This document shows, one piece after another, positions 49,830 through 62,530 of a DNA stretch of 64,000 nt. Both the position numbers and the translations under genes were made by a program. The notes under the pieces are model-generated. The model made no database searches, was not told the origin of the DNA, and was given only the letters and a program-made list of their open reading frames with translations. Numbering within the stretch: the stretch's first letter is position 1; every line of letters begins with the position of its first letter. The stretch is from Hemiscyllium ocellatum (Eukaryota): positions 33,095,575 to 33,159,574 of the forward strand of contig NC_083425.1 of NCBI RefSeq assembly GCF_020745735.1, given 5' to 3'.

Positions 49830-50790
49830 GAAGTGAAAGGTGGAAATGTTATAGAGGCGCTGCTCTGACATTACCTACAGAAAGAGAAAACGTTTCAGTT
49901 TGTTACTGAACGTTTCTAAGCAAAAGATTAAAAGCGATAGCTAACATTTTCTAAAGCAGTGAAAGGCAGATAAACGGGTCCGTTGGAAATACTCGGACAC
50001 ACACACACACTGACAGACACCGTACACTAACAGACACTCCCTAACCCAGAGACAGACACCCCCCCCAAAACTCTCTCTCACACACGCGAACACACTGCTC
50101 TTTGTATCTGATGCTTGATGAACATTGTGTTGAGAAATATAACCAGGTTCAGATGTTTGAAACGCAAAAACAAATACCTCCACGGACTACGATCAGCAGT
50201 GAAAGCAAAACAAGTGGCAGTAAGGCAGGTTTTGAAGAGCTTATTAAATCTTGCGAACTAAAACAAAAGCAAGCAGCAGTGAGTCTTTCCACAAGGACTA
50301 AACTCACTGGTTCTATATCATACCAAAACATCGTAAATTCACACTGAAATAGCCATGCCCTAATCTATTGTAAATTGGAGATAATTTCACCTTTTGTTAT
50401 GTTGCCATTGTCCACTCTCTGCTATCAGCGGAGAGATCAGTCTTGACGACAGCCCTCAATACGTGTCAATTGTCACTGGGGGCATTGCTGCTGAGGATGC
50501 GTCGATCTCATTTAAGTTTTGCCTTGTCTTGCCATCATAATCAATTGCCTCCCACACAAAAGAACTACTGGTATCGTTTCTTCTCAATATTTCAATATTG
50601 GAACTCTGTTCCTGCCTGCCAAACCTTTTTCAATCACTCTTAATCAGAGTTTCAGTTTCATTATAAAACAAACTGAGATGCAATAACTTGCATGTGTCAG
50701 AAGCAGATCAATGCGTGAATATTGACCATCACGAGATCGCAGCGAACTCACCACAAGCTAAACTCCCCAGAAGTTGCATTTCTCAGAATA
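49830..50790 (-). promoter_or_regulatory. Putative promoter / non-coding exon 1 region of gene B
   Basis: Mild CpG enrichment. Candidate donors GAG|GTATTT (50178/50177) and TAG|GTAATG (49875/49874; this site also looks like an acceptor). IRF-like AAGTGAAAG at 49831-49839, GAAAGCAAAAC at 50201-50211, GAS TTCTCAGAA at 50780-50788. Confidence 0.45.
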
Positions 50791-50799
50791 ATCTTACAG

Positions 50800-51460
50800 T
50801 TATGGAGTCATAGAGATGTACAGTGTGGAAACAGAGCCTTGTTACCAACTTGTCCATGCCAAACAGATATCCTAAATGAATCTAGTCCCATTTACCTGCA
50901 CTTGCCCCATAACTCTCTAAACCCTTCCAATTCATATACCCATCCAGATGCCTTTTAAATGTTGCAATTGTACCAGCCTCCACCACTTCCCCTGGCAGCT
51001 CATTCCATACATGCACCACCCTCTACATGAAAAAGTAGGTCACTTTTAAATTTTTCACCCCTCACCCTAAATCTATGCTCTCTAGTTCTGAATTCCTTCA
51101 CTCCAGGGAAAAGGTATTGTCTATTTATCCTATCCATAGTTAAAAATCACGCAACACCAGATTATAGTCCAACAGGTTTAATTGGAAGCACACTAGCTTT
51201 TGGAGTGATGCTCCTTCATCAGGTGGTAGCGTCGCTCCGAAAGCTAGTGTGCTTCCAATTAAACCTGTTGGACTATGACCTGGTGTTGTGTGATTTTTAA
51301 CTTTGTACACCCCAGTCCAACACCGGCATCTCCAATTCATATCCTATCCATGCCCTTCATGATTTTATAAACCTGTATAAGGTCACCCCTCAGTCTCTGA
51401 CACTCCAGGGAAAACAGTCCCAGCCTATTTTGCCTCTCCCTATTGCTCAAACCCTCCAAC
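50800..51460 (-). mobile_element. CR1 3' end with a family C fold-back insertion (51138-51339)
   Basis: 12-bp TSD tatcctatccat at 51126-51137 and 51340-51351; the insert is a hairpin. Confidence 0.88.
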
Positions 51461-52392
51461 CTTTCCACCCTAAGAGGTGGTTAATGGAAGTGCGGTGTGG
51501 TGCAGTCCTCATTTTGAACTTGCACACAGAAACACTGAATCTGGCTACATTAAACATCAGAAAATTGAATAGCTCAGTGAACATGCCTATTAAATGAACC
51601 ACAATCTATTTCAATAGATGGGGGAATAAATGGGTTCCTCTACATATTTTCACTCCCACCAAGTTCGTTTTCAGACACTCACTGTGCCCAGAAGCACACT
51701 CACAACCATGTAGAGAGCTAGGGAGAGTTTCCTTCAACCAATGTTCTAGTCTACTGTAAACGTCGTTAAAGATATACTTTCCATGGGTGGGCATGAGCTC
51801 TTGAAAGGGGAGCGTCGAGGTATCTTCATTATCAGAACCGACACAAGATCATCGATCTGGAATGTGAACTTTATTTCTTCCTAGAGTTGCTGCCGGACTT
51901 GCTGAATCTTTCCAATGTTTTCAATTCTTGCTTCACCTTCAACTTTATTCAGCCACATAAATGGCACCGGAAACAAAACAGATCAAATGTCAAAGACTGG
52001 ATTATTACAGGAATTATTATCTCACCTTCCATCTCCACAAAAATGCTCCACTATCCACAAGGCACAAGCCCAAGGATATAATGGGATGCTCTCTAATTGC
52101 TGACATCAACAACAACAGCACCCTCAAAAAATTTATTGCAATCGAAGGGCACACAGTCCACCAACTCAGCACTTTGCAGATTAGCCCAAGCACCTATCCC
52201 TCCAAGTATTGGAAACAGTTTTAAACATTGGCCCCAGGAGCAAGAGCTCTTAAAGTGATTGAACAGCACCAGCCAAATTTGGAGGAGTAATTACATGGGC
52301 AGGGATTGGAATTCTGAAACATAAGAAATTATGACTTTATTCTAGTTCTGTTAACTACTATGCCAGAGCATACATTAACAGCTAAATAATCA

Positions 52393-52833
52393 TGTACTGT
52401 GGTGAGAGGTGTATGATTTATTTATATATATGTGTATTGTTTTTGAGTTTGAACTTCAAACTAGTGGCATGTGTGTGTTGGCCTTTTTTTTGAGAGGTAG
52501 TCTTTCCAGAGCTATGATTTTATATCAGTATGTGCCTCCTGGAGCATTAATGGAAGTTTGCTTATGTTGTGGTAGTTTATGAATTAATCTTAGTTTAGGG
52601 GAGCCCAGAGATTGAAAAGCTTTTCGGTAATTTTAAAGAGACCTGATTGAATCAGATGCAAGAATAGTTTCTCCTACAAGGGAGATTGTTCATAACAGTT
52701 AAGAGAATGTTACCAATGGATTGAGTTTAGCAAGTGAATCTTCCAGTCCAGGATTATTTGGTTGGAACTCTGCACATTTGCAAGAATATACTAGGGAAAA
52801 TGTTTCACAGGTCAGGGAAAAAAAGCAGTAACA
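52393..52833. mobile_element. Probable solo LTR
   Basis: Inverted termini tgtactg...cagtaaca; short flanking duplication tca/atca. Confidence 0.45.
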
Positions 52834-54079
52834 TCAAATTTACAGATTCAATTGAGAAGGAACGTTTCTCTGGTTTTGAGTAACTGTAAAGTGATGATAT
52901 TGGGCAATAGATGGGATTTTATTTGGCTGTGTATTTTGAAATCTTTCAAATTGTACAATATTTAGATAACATACTTTTAAAATGTCATATTTATTCCTTT
53001 GATGCAAAACATTACATGTATTTTTATAATCAAACCTGCAACTTTGCTTGCACTTCAATGAAAGACTGCCTTGTTAAAAAAGAACAGCATATGATCTATC
53101 AAGCCAGATTTTATTTTGGAATCTGACTTATCCCGTCATAACATCCATTATATCATAACAGTAAGAGTATATACAATACACACATTTGAGGGGTGGGAAA
53201 GAAGGATTCATTTCCAATCAATATTTTGAACAGTTTATATCAATAAATAAACCTCTGCTCCAATAGTTTTGTGTGGGATGAAATGCTTTAGTTCTGCTGA
53301 TGGCGACCTGGGTGTACCATGAGATTGTAGGATGTTGATGAGCTGTTGACTTCATACAGTGCAGTTGGAACCAGTTTGTCACTCACACGCAGACTATTAG
53401 CTGATTTCTTCAGATTTTGATTTCTGAAGACCTGATGGTGGGACAATTGTACAACTTATTGTATTAAATATCACACCATCAAATCATCAACTACTGAATG
53501 AGGAGAAAATACTTTTGTCCTGAGAGTCTGAAGACAGTTTCTTTATTTAATGCAACTACTGAGAACAACAGATTTATGATATGAATTTAGTTACTTTCAG
53601 CATAATTTAGTAAATTTGCTGGTTGAACAATAAAACATAATTCATATTTTATCTCCAGGACCCCTGTAAATAATACTATGAGAAATCCACTGGTGACTTA
53701 ATGAAGCTTCCAATAATGACCCAATGAAAGGGCAAAATATTCCATTTTTAATGGTTTTTTTCTGATTTTATTTCTGACACATGAACAAATGAATTAATAA
53801 ATCAAAGTACAAAATTCTTTAGACTATGAGTTTTCTTGCTCTGAAGCAATTGTTATTGAATATGGATTTATTAGCCTTCAAAATTATTTGTTTAAGCAAG
53901 CAAGGTACAAATTAATGAAGACTCTGAATTTGGACACCTTTTATCATATAGACTGAACAAACATTTTGGAGAATTTTATGATCTTGAGAATGAATATATT
54001 GGGTTGCAAACTACAATTTCTCATGGTAATGAAGAGAAAAACATGACTGACCTGTTTGCCAGGTTTCTAATTTATTTAT

Positions 54080-55800
54080 TCAAAGGCACGTGGTTATGAT
54101 GGCTAGTCCAGCATTTATTGCCCAACTCTAGTTGCCCTTGAGAGAGTTATGGTGAGCTATCCTTTTGAATCACTGCAGTTCTTGTGGTGTTGTGACACCC
54201 ACAGTGCTATTAGGAAGGGAGTTCCAGGGTTATGACATAGCAACAACGTAGGACCAGCAATATTGTCCCAAGTCATGATGGTTTGTGCCTTATTGGGAAA
54301 TTAACAGGTAATGATGTTCCCATGCTTATGTTGCCCTTGTCTTTCTTAGAGACAGGGTCATGAATTTGAAAAGATGGGAGAAAGAAACCTGGTGAATCAA
54401 TGCAATGCATACTTTTGATGATATACTTTGCTGCTACTGGGTGTTATTGGAAAAGGGAGTCATAGTTAAAGTTGTTCGTTGGGTCAAGTGGGCTGTTTTG
54501 TTCTCAATGTGGTCAAGCTTCTTCAATGTTGAAGAAGTCCCCAGTAGAGTATGCCATCACACTCCTGACGCCTGCCTTATAGATGGTGGATAGGAATTGG
54601 ACAAACAGGTGAACGATTCTGTGCAGGATTCCTCGGCTCTAATGTGCTCTTGTAGCCACAGTGTCAATGTACCTGGTACTGTTCAGTTTCTGTTCAGTGG
54701 CAGTTCCCAGACAATTATGCCTCTAAGTTACATGACTGTGCATATGTAGCCTGTCTAAAGTTCCTTGCATGGCAATCAGTGTGTCAACACATCAATTGTG
54801 GCACTGGCTTCCAGCTCTAGAAGTTGCTGTCAGTCATGGAGCTCAATGGGACATGCAGTTGGAAAGAAAATTACAGAAATGGTGCTCTCAGAATGTAGGT
54901 ATTGGGGGTTGCAGTAATAGATCAAATGCTACTTTCACCTCATCAACCCCAAACCTGGATGTTGCTCATAGTGGTGGACTTCATCAGTATCTCAGGGGCC
55001 ATAATTGGTGCTGAACACTGTGTAATCATCAGTGAACCTCTCCACAGCTGACCAGAACAAGTTAACTGATGAAGTAATTGAAAATGATTGTGCCAAGGTC
55101 ACTACCTTAAGGGAGTCATTCAGGGTCGTCATTAGACTGAGACAATTGACTTCCAACAATCCACAATCAGCTTCTGTTGTGCTGTGTATGATGCCAGTCA
55201 GCACAGAATTTTCCAATTCATTCCCATAGAATCCATACTCACTTAATACCATACTCAGCCATCTGTTCCTTAATGTGAAAGGCTGTCATCTCACCATTGG
55301 AATCCAGCTCTCGTATTCATGTTTTGTTCAGATCCAAGCCTGTATTGAGGTCAGAAGCTGAGTGGCCCTGGCAAAATCCAAACTGAGTGTCATTGAGAAG
55401 ATTATTCAGTTATGAGTATCACATGATAGCCATTTGATGGCCTGATCCATCACTTCATTATAGATCAAGAATAGACTGGTGGGCAAAAATTGACTTGGTT
55501 TGATTTGTTCTGCTTTTTGTAGACAGCTTGTATCACAAAAACTTTCCTTGTGGTTGGGTCTATATCATGTTGCAGTTGTATTCAAACAGCTCGACTAAGG
55601 GTACAGCTATTTTTGGAGAACATGTCTTCAGTACTATTGCTGGAAGATTATAAGGGCCCTTAGCCTTCACAGTATCCTGTGCCTCCATCTGTTTTTTAAT
55701 CTCACACAAAATGATTTGAATTGGCTGAAGGCTGACATCATGATGTTGGGAAACTCCAGAGGAGACCAAGTTTGATTAGCTATTCAGCATTTCTTGTTGC
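54080..55800 (-). mobile_element. Degenerate L2/CR1-clade LINE (same family as 6390-9720; another fragment about 63520-63960)
   Basis: Shared 3' end (cagcatttattgccc...gttgcccttgaga) and RT remnants. Confidence 0.7.
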
Positions 55801-57250
55801 CAAGAAATTTTGGCACATTTTTGGCACAAACTACTCTGCAATATGGAGTGAAACTAGTATGAGAGGTTCCAGTGCTGGATCTAGTTCCAGTCATCATGAA
55901 GACACTACCTTTTCAATCTTGCCTAAGGTATGGTGACCCTCAGATTAAGCTCACCACCAGTCATCTCTGCCTAATGAGAAAACAGCTTCTGGGACCATGT
56001 TCACTTTCACTGTCACAGCACTCCGCTGAAGTATCAGCCTAGATCATGTGCTTAAGTCTCTGGAGAGGAATTAAAGCATGATTCTCTGGCACAGAAGCCA
56101 CATGTGACAATCTTTACTGTTCCAATGTATTTGTGGAAGCTTCCCCAAAATGACAGGTGGCAGATAGCTAAAGCAAAACACTTAAGTTACCTTTTAACTC
56201 AGTGGTGAAGGTACACGTAAAAAGTGATAAATTCTCGACCAAGCTTATGATTTCTTTTTTGGACATTAAAAGGAATCAATGATTTTGGCTATCCAACATC
56301 TTCAGAAATAAGTTATTGACATTTGTGAGCAACACTGGTGTCATTCTACAAATGGAAACACACTGATTTCTTCTCAATATCTCTGAAATAGTTATAAGAT
56401 GATTTAAACTACATGCAATGGAACAAAAACATAAAAAAAACCAAATGTAAAAATAGTTTCAGGCACTAACCACTATCTCAAGAATTGGAAAAACACAAGT
56501 TAAGTAAGCTAAATATAAAAACAGATAATCTGATAAAGGGAAAGTACGTCTATCATAAATGATTAGCATCTATAATTACCTAATGCCAGACTGCCCAAAG
56601 CCATCCAGGGAATAAACTACAACTTTTGAATGGTTTTAAAGGTGGTATTATCTTTTGAAACATGCAGGTGGAACAAAGAACCTAAAATCTAAAGTAAACT
56701 GAAATTCGAGTGTTATAACTAATAGGTGTGAACAACTTCTTTGTTAACTTGTTTATTTTCCATATCAGTAAAGTAAGCTCAATATATGACAATTATGAAC
56801 AGACAAGTTAAAGGCTCACTAATTTAATATGATGCAATAGATTGAATTATTATGTTGCTTAATTTAGTTTTAAAAACAAATAAAATAATCGCTTGATACT
56901 TAAACCAAATAAAACACGTAACCTTTTACAAACTGCACCATACTAAATGAGAGCAATTAAAATTAGTGACAAAAAGACATAATTACAGATGCTCAACTAT
57001 TTCAAATGTTTATAGGTCTGAAAAAGACTCCGATCATAAGAAAAGGTTAGACAATGGTCAGATTTGATCATAAAGATCATAATAAGAATACTTAGGTATT
57101 ACTGAACCTGAAGTGTGTAGTAAACACTGGAGTGATAGGTGAATGTGACTTTGGTCCGATTGTGGTCATTATTCTGACATAGTTTCTACCCTACATACAA
57201 ACTAAAAATGTAGATGTAATCCCAACTAGAAAATAGATAATACCATGTTA

Positions 57251-57378
57251 GTGGAGGAAGTGAGGTCTGCAGATGCTGGAGATCAGAGCTGAAAATGTGT
57301 TTCTGGAAAAGCGCAGCAGGTCAGGCAGCATCCAAGGAGCAGGAGATTCAATGTTTCGTGTATAAGCCCTTCTTCAGG
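57251..57378 (-). mobile_element. Penelope family A 3' tail insertion
   Basis: TSD aatacca(t/a)gtta at 57239-57250 and 57379-57390. Confidence 0.85.
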
Positions 57379-57488
57379 AATACCAAGTTATTATTAATTT
57401 AGATGATGTTGCATTAACATGTTATTTTCTGATGTGGGCATAGCTTAGTGGTAAACATGAGTTCAATTAATGATTAAGGCTTGACATG

Positions 57489-58157
57489 TATCACAAAGCT
57501 AGTCCCTTTTTTCCCCTAAAAGCTGTTCCTTGGCTCAAGGGCACTCTATCCTTGATTTTCCTTCAGAGGAGTAATGGACCCAGCCAGGCTCAGCTCAGTC
57601 TGCTTTAATACAGAGATTCAAAGGGTTTGGAGAGGCATTTTGTTTTTATGTAAACAGAAGAGACTTCAGGCCAAGGTGGTCATGCTTCAGAAGTGACCTG
57701 GATGAGGAAAGGGGAGTGGTCAACTCTCTAGCTGAGCTAAGCAGTTTTAGTTCAGTCTTGAACTGATTGGAAGTTCAACAGTGGGTTGTGTGGAAACTCT
57801 CTGTAACTGTCTGTCTGTCTGTCTGTCTCTCTCTCTGCCCTTCAACTTCAATCTGTAAGCATGTGTTCCATTTATACTGGGGTTTTTAAAAGGAGTTTGT
57901 TAATTTGGACTGTTGTGTATATTCAGAACAACATAATTAACTCTAGTTGGATAGGCTGAGTTCTGTAGGGGTTATTAATTCTGTTCTTTGTGTTTCATTG
58001 TGTAATTTTGAGAATACATTTTTGTCTGTTTTAAAATCTAGTAGCCAACCTAGCTAACGTAATCCAGGTAAATTTCACTGTACCCTTACCAAAACAAATT
58101 GCGCAGTTATAGTCTGAGCTGACTGCTGTTTTGATTGGTCTAGCTTAGTCCATAACA
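57489..58157 (+). mobile_element. Solo LTR (about 670 bp)
   Basis: Ends ccataaca like the LTR at 19.3-20.1 kb; 4-bp TSD catg at 57485-57488 and 58158-58161. Confidence 0.65.
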
Positions 58158-58754
58158 CATGTGATGAATATGCTCAAGGACAACAGTGTTGCATGTACTA
58201 CTAAATGTGCTGCTTATCTGTTGGCAGCCCTTCCTGTTGTCAACATTTTTGGTGAAGTATTATAGCAAGTTTAAAAAAGTTATTGCTATATCTACCAAAC
58301 TTGATGATCTGTTTTCACTTCAATTTCCATTGCTTAACGCTACCCCTGCCTCAGCTCAGCTACTGCTGAAAACCTCATCCTTTGTCAATTTGAGACATAA
58401 TTACTCATAATTAGCTGCCCCCACAACATTCTATTCTCCAGAAACTTGAGATGATCCAAAGCTCCTTTATCCATGTCCACAATCGGACCAAAGTCACATT
58501 CACCTATCACTCCAGTGTTTACTACACACTTCAGGTTCAGTAATACCTAAGTATTCTTATTATGGTCTTTATTATCAAATCTGACCATAGTCTAACCTTT
58601 TCTTATGATCGGAGCCTTTTTCAGACCTATAAACATTTGAAATAGCTGAGCATCTCTAATTACGTCTTTTTATCATTAATCTTAATTGCTCTGTTTCATT
58701 GTTTAGGCCCTAAATACTGTAATTTCCTCCCTAAATCTCTCTAAGGAAAAAAAG

Positions 58755-59130
58755 ACATTTATGTAACACATTTTATGATCTCAGGACTTCCAAATTCATT
58801 TGATGTGTAGTCATTATTGTGACGTAGGAAATGCTGCAGACAATTTGTGCAAAATAAACTTCCACAAACAGCAGTGGGTTCATGACTCGTGAGTCTGTTT
58901 TTGAAATGTTGGTTGAGGGAAAAATATATTAGCTGGGAGATTGAGGTTAATTCCTTCCTGCTTCTTTAAATATTGCTTTGGGATCTTGTACCTGAAAGGG
59001 CAGGTGGAGCACTGGATTGACACAGCTACTTTTCTTTTCTCTTTCAAATGCTCCATAAAAACAACCTTCTTGAAAATCCAGTGAACCAAGTTACCTTAGT
59101 ATTCCCTCCCGTGGCCTTAATATTCAAACA
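58755..59130. mobile_element. Deu-domain SINE (SacSINE1-like), degenerate
   Basis: gatgtgtagtcattattgtgacgtaggaaatgctgcagacaatttgtgc...ccacaaacagca resembles the Deu domain as I recall it. Confidence 0.5.
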
Positions 59131-59360
59131 ACACTCACGTTTAGTGTTTCACCATGTTAGGGGTACTATTGTAAGTTGTTTTATTCTGTTTAAAACACTT
59201 CAGTCCTCTGGATCATTTTTCTCCTGTTTTTCTCCCTTTTTGTGATTTGAAACTGCGAACTGAGATTAGGAATTGAACTTTCTTTTTCAGAGGAGACAAC
59301 AAAGGTGAATTCTTAGTACTAGCCTGGAAGATTTTGCAACTTAATTACTGTTATAGGTAA

Positions 59361-61107
59361 ATCATAGAATCCTTATAGAACAGACAGAGGCCATTTGGCC
59401 CATCAGTTTGCACCAACCCTCTGAAGAACATCCCACCTGTTAGGGATACCCATATTTGAGAGACGCAAGATGGCTGGCAACTAAGCTGTCCTGCTAGCCC
59501 TGCAGAAAATGGCTGACAATTGAATAAACAGAATTACAAGCCTGCTACTGCATTGAAGTCAAGCACAATGGTCCCTTTGAGAACAGGTTATTCTGCGGCA
59601 AAAGCGTGCCTTATAGAAATGACAGCTCCAACATTTATTAGAGACAGTTGGATAAGAAAGGTCTAAGGACAGACAGCTTAAAGGTTTACAACAAACATTG
59701 AAGGACAAAGTAAACTCCTGCAATAACAAACACAGATGAACTAATGGGATTATGGTTCATAAAAAATTAAGAAGATCAAACAAGTTATGATAGTGATTGG
59801 ATTCTATTCTCATTAATGACAGAGTGTTGTCCCATTAGGTGAAGAGAGTCAGTTGGACAAGGGGTGTAAATCATCCCAGAAGACAATCAGCCTAGCTTAT
59901 CATGCAGTTATGAAAACAGCAGATAATGGCATTTTGCAGCAATTAGTTGTTTCTTTGAAATTATTCATAATATTAAGAAAAAAGTTCTAGTCAAAGATTC
60001 TTCAGATAATCAGAAATAGATTTCAAAATAATTATGAAAAAATAAATAAAACAGAATACAAAGATCACTAAAAGCACTAGGGGTAAAGATTCAAATATAG
60101 AAATGAAAGTTAATTAGTCTCAAGAAGTTTTCCTTTATCACGAAAGGAAATGCCTAGTGCACCCTGGAAGAAACAAATTGCTCATGGCACATTAGCTAAA
60201 GAGTGCTAACAGTAGGGGTAGATTATAAAAACTTTACATATAACTTGCCTTTTAATAGAATTAATATTATGAATCATACAGCAGTTAGTAAGAATCAACT
60301 GTCTTTTTGTATTTTTATGTATATAATTAGGACAGTGGGAAAACATTAGAGGAGTAAGAGAATTTGATAGAGATAGCAAATGAATATATTGAACATCAAA
60401 ATTCAAGCAGGTCCTTAGAGATAATCAAGTCTGTGACATGTCTGAAGGAGTATAGCCAGTAACTTTAGAATATGAATTAATAGGATACATTATAAGATCT
60501 CTTGGCCTGTTGTTAAAAATCATGAGATCATGGGGAACCTAGTGCCATCCATTGGAGCATCCATCATTGATTAGATGTTTCGCAGGATTGGATGTACAGA
60601 ATAGCGGAAGGGCACATTGATCATGTTGTATGTGATTTTTGGAACAGTAAAATGTATAAAAATGCTGTAGCCCACTGTGAAAATCAGAGCATCATTGATC
60701 TTTCTCCAATCTGAGCTCATGATTAAGGGGATAACTACACTCTTACATTGAGGCCAGCTTGAGGGGAGTCTGTGGCCTTCTATCTGCATGATCCGGTGAC
60801 TGCATGAATAAAGACTGCCACGTGCCTGAATTTTGTCTGTCTCCTGAGTTCTCAGTTGGGGGTTTCGGTTCTACGCCAACCTATCCCTGAAACCTCATGC
60901 TTATCATAATTAACCCGCCTAGCTTGCACATTCCTGAACACGACAAGGTAATTTGGCATGATCAATCCAGTTAATCTGCACATCTTTTATATTGTGGGAG
61001 GAAAGTGATGCAGACACATGGAAGCATGCAAACAGTCACTCAAGGCTGTAATCGAACTAAGGTTCCTGGTGCTGTGAGGCAGTGGTACGAACGACCATGC
61101 TGCCATG
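59361..61107 (-). mobile_element. HE1-type V-SINE split into 59361-59437 and 60881-61107 by a 1.44-kb insertion
   Basis: The SINE sequence stops at catcccacc and resumes at ctatccc. Confidence 0.8.
59438..60880 (+). mobile_element. Long solo-LTR-like insertion (1443 bp)
   Basis: Starts TGTTAG, ends CCAAC. TATAAA at 60655-60660 and AATAAA at 60807-60812 in U3-R-U5 order; no coding remnant seen. Confidence 0.6.
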
Positions 61108-61719
61108 TTCTAAGTTTTTGCCATGTTCAGGGCAGGCACCTGGTTGGATTTTGAACTGAATTGAAATTGAATCAAGGGGGAAACTAATGCAAACCAACCA
61201 TTGATTGAAAAGAAAAAAATGAAGGAGAACCAGTTCTAACTGGGTTTTTAACATGAGGCAGTTTTTTTTTAAACTCCTGGGAATTGCTCTTTCTCTTTAT
61301 TTTATTTTCTATCCAATTTTCTATCTACTGAATTGTTGATTTTTTGAGAAAAGAATCCCAATCTGTAAGAAATAAGTAAATATTTCAAAGAGTCTGCTGA
61401 AATTATTTACATTAACTGATAAGTTCAAAATTCAAGTAAGAAATGTAGATTTCCTTGAAAGATGTCATGAAGACTCAGAATCCATTGTTGGAAATGGTTA
61501 TTGAATTGCCAAAATATGAAATTTACAGCTAGCAAATGACTGTTTAACCCTCTGAAAGAGGATGGAAAAAAAGTGTTTCCAGAAGGAACCAATAAGGAAT
61601 CAATTTATGATTTAGGAATTATAAGTTAGTGAGCAGTGCTGGCATTGAGTTTGTTTGCTTTTTCCTGAGAGACTCTACAACAACAACTTATTGCTGTCCT
61701 CAGTGCAGTGAAATGAGGA

Positions 61720-62530
61720 AGGAATCCGACACACATCATGATCTGTGTGTCCTCACGTGGCTCAACATGCCAACCCTGAAGCCACAGGTCTTTGGGTCAA
61801 GAGGGTAAGAGTTGCTCTGCGAGAAGAAGGGTGGATAGAGTTCCTAAGTTTGGGGTCTACTGCCCCTCCTTCCACTTCTCCACAGCAGACTTTATACAAT
61901 CTGTTTCCACTGTGTTATGACTAGTTGGATTTTGGTATTACCATATGGCATGACAGGCAGCAAAGTCCTCCCATAAATCAATGCTAATTCTTTTCTCCTT
62001 TTCAATTGAGTTTTTAGATTATTCTTAAAAAAGGATTGAACTCCTTGAGATTGTGTGCCATCCTTAAACTGTGAAAAGATGATTTGCTTTAGAAATTGAT
62101 TATCTGCCATACAAATCCTGTGTCCAGACCTAAAAAGCTAATTACCCATGACTGTGGTTGTGATGTGGGTGGAATTGACTTCATTGAGCATGCTGAAGTT
62201 TGATCACTTGCCTTACCACTTTACTTTGAGTATCCTGCAAAGACACTACTGGAGAAAATTCTTCAGGACCGAGAGGAGTCTTCAGTTCTGTTTCCATATT
62301 GTATGACTGTATGACTCTGTGGTTACCCAAGAATCACTGACTCATAAAAGGTGGTTATAGTAATAATGTTATGGCAATCACTAATGTCGAAGACCCAGTT
62401 GCACAACGTTTGAAAGTCTGCACTGACACATTCAATTACATCCATCTCCTCTTGGACAGTGACCTTTTTGGAAAGCTATCTGCTGAGATCTGAGAAATCT
62501 TCAATGACATCTACCGTCTCTCCGTCAATA
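61720..62530 (-). mobile_element. Degenerate RTE-type LINE 3' portion
   Basis: KQIIFSQFKDGTQSQG...KNNLK and a C-terminal C-G-x6-SH-x-R-x-H motif on the minus strand. Confidence 0.65.

Larger units (their letters stand above)
56950..58692. repeat. 216-bp inverted duplication (56950-57165 / 58477-58692)
   Basis: Hand alignment gives 10 mismatches and no indels. Confidence 0.92.

Noticed and set aside
61697-61810. Apparent plus-strand exon with a good GTAAGA donor
   Set aside because: It is the reverse complement of an RTE LINE 3' end.
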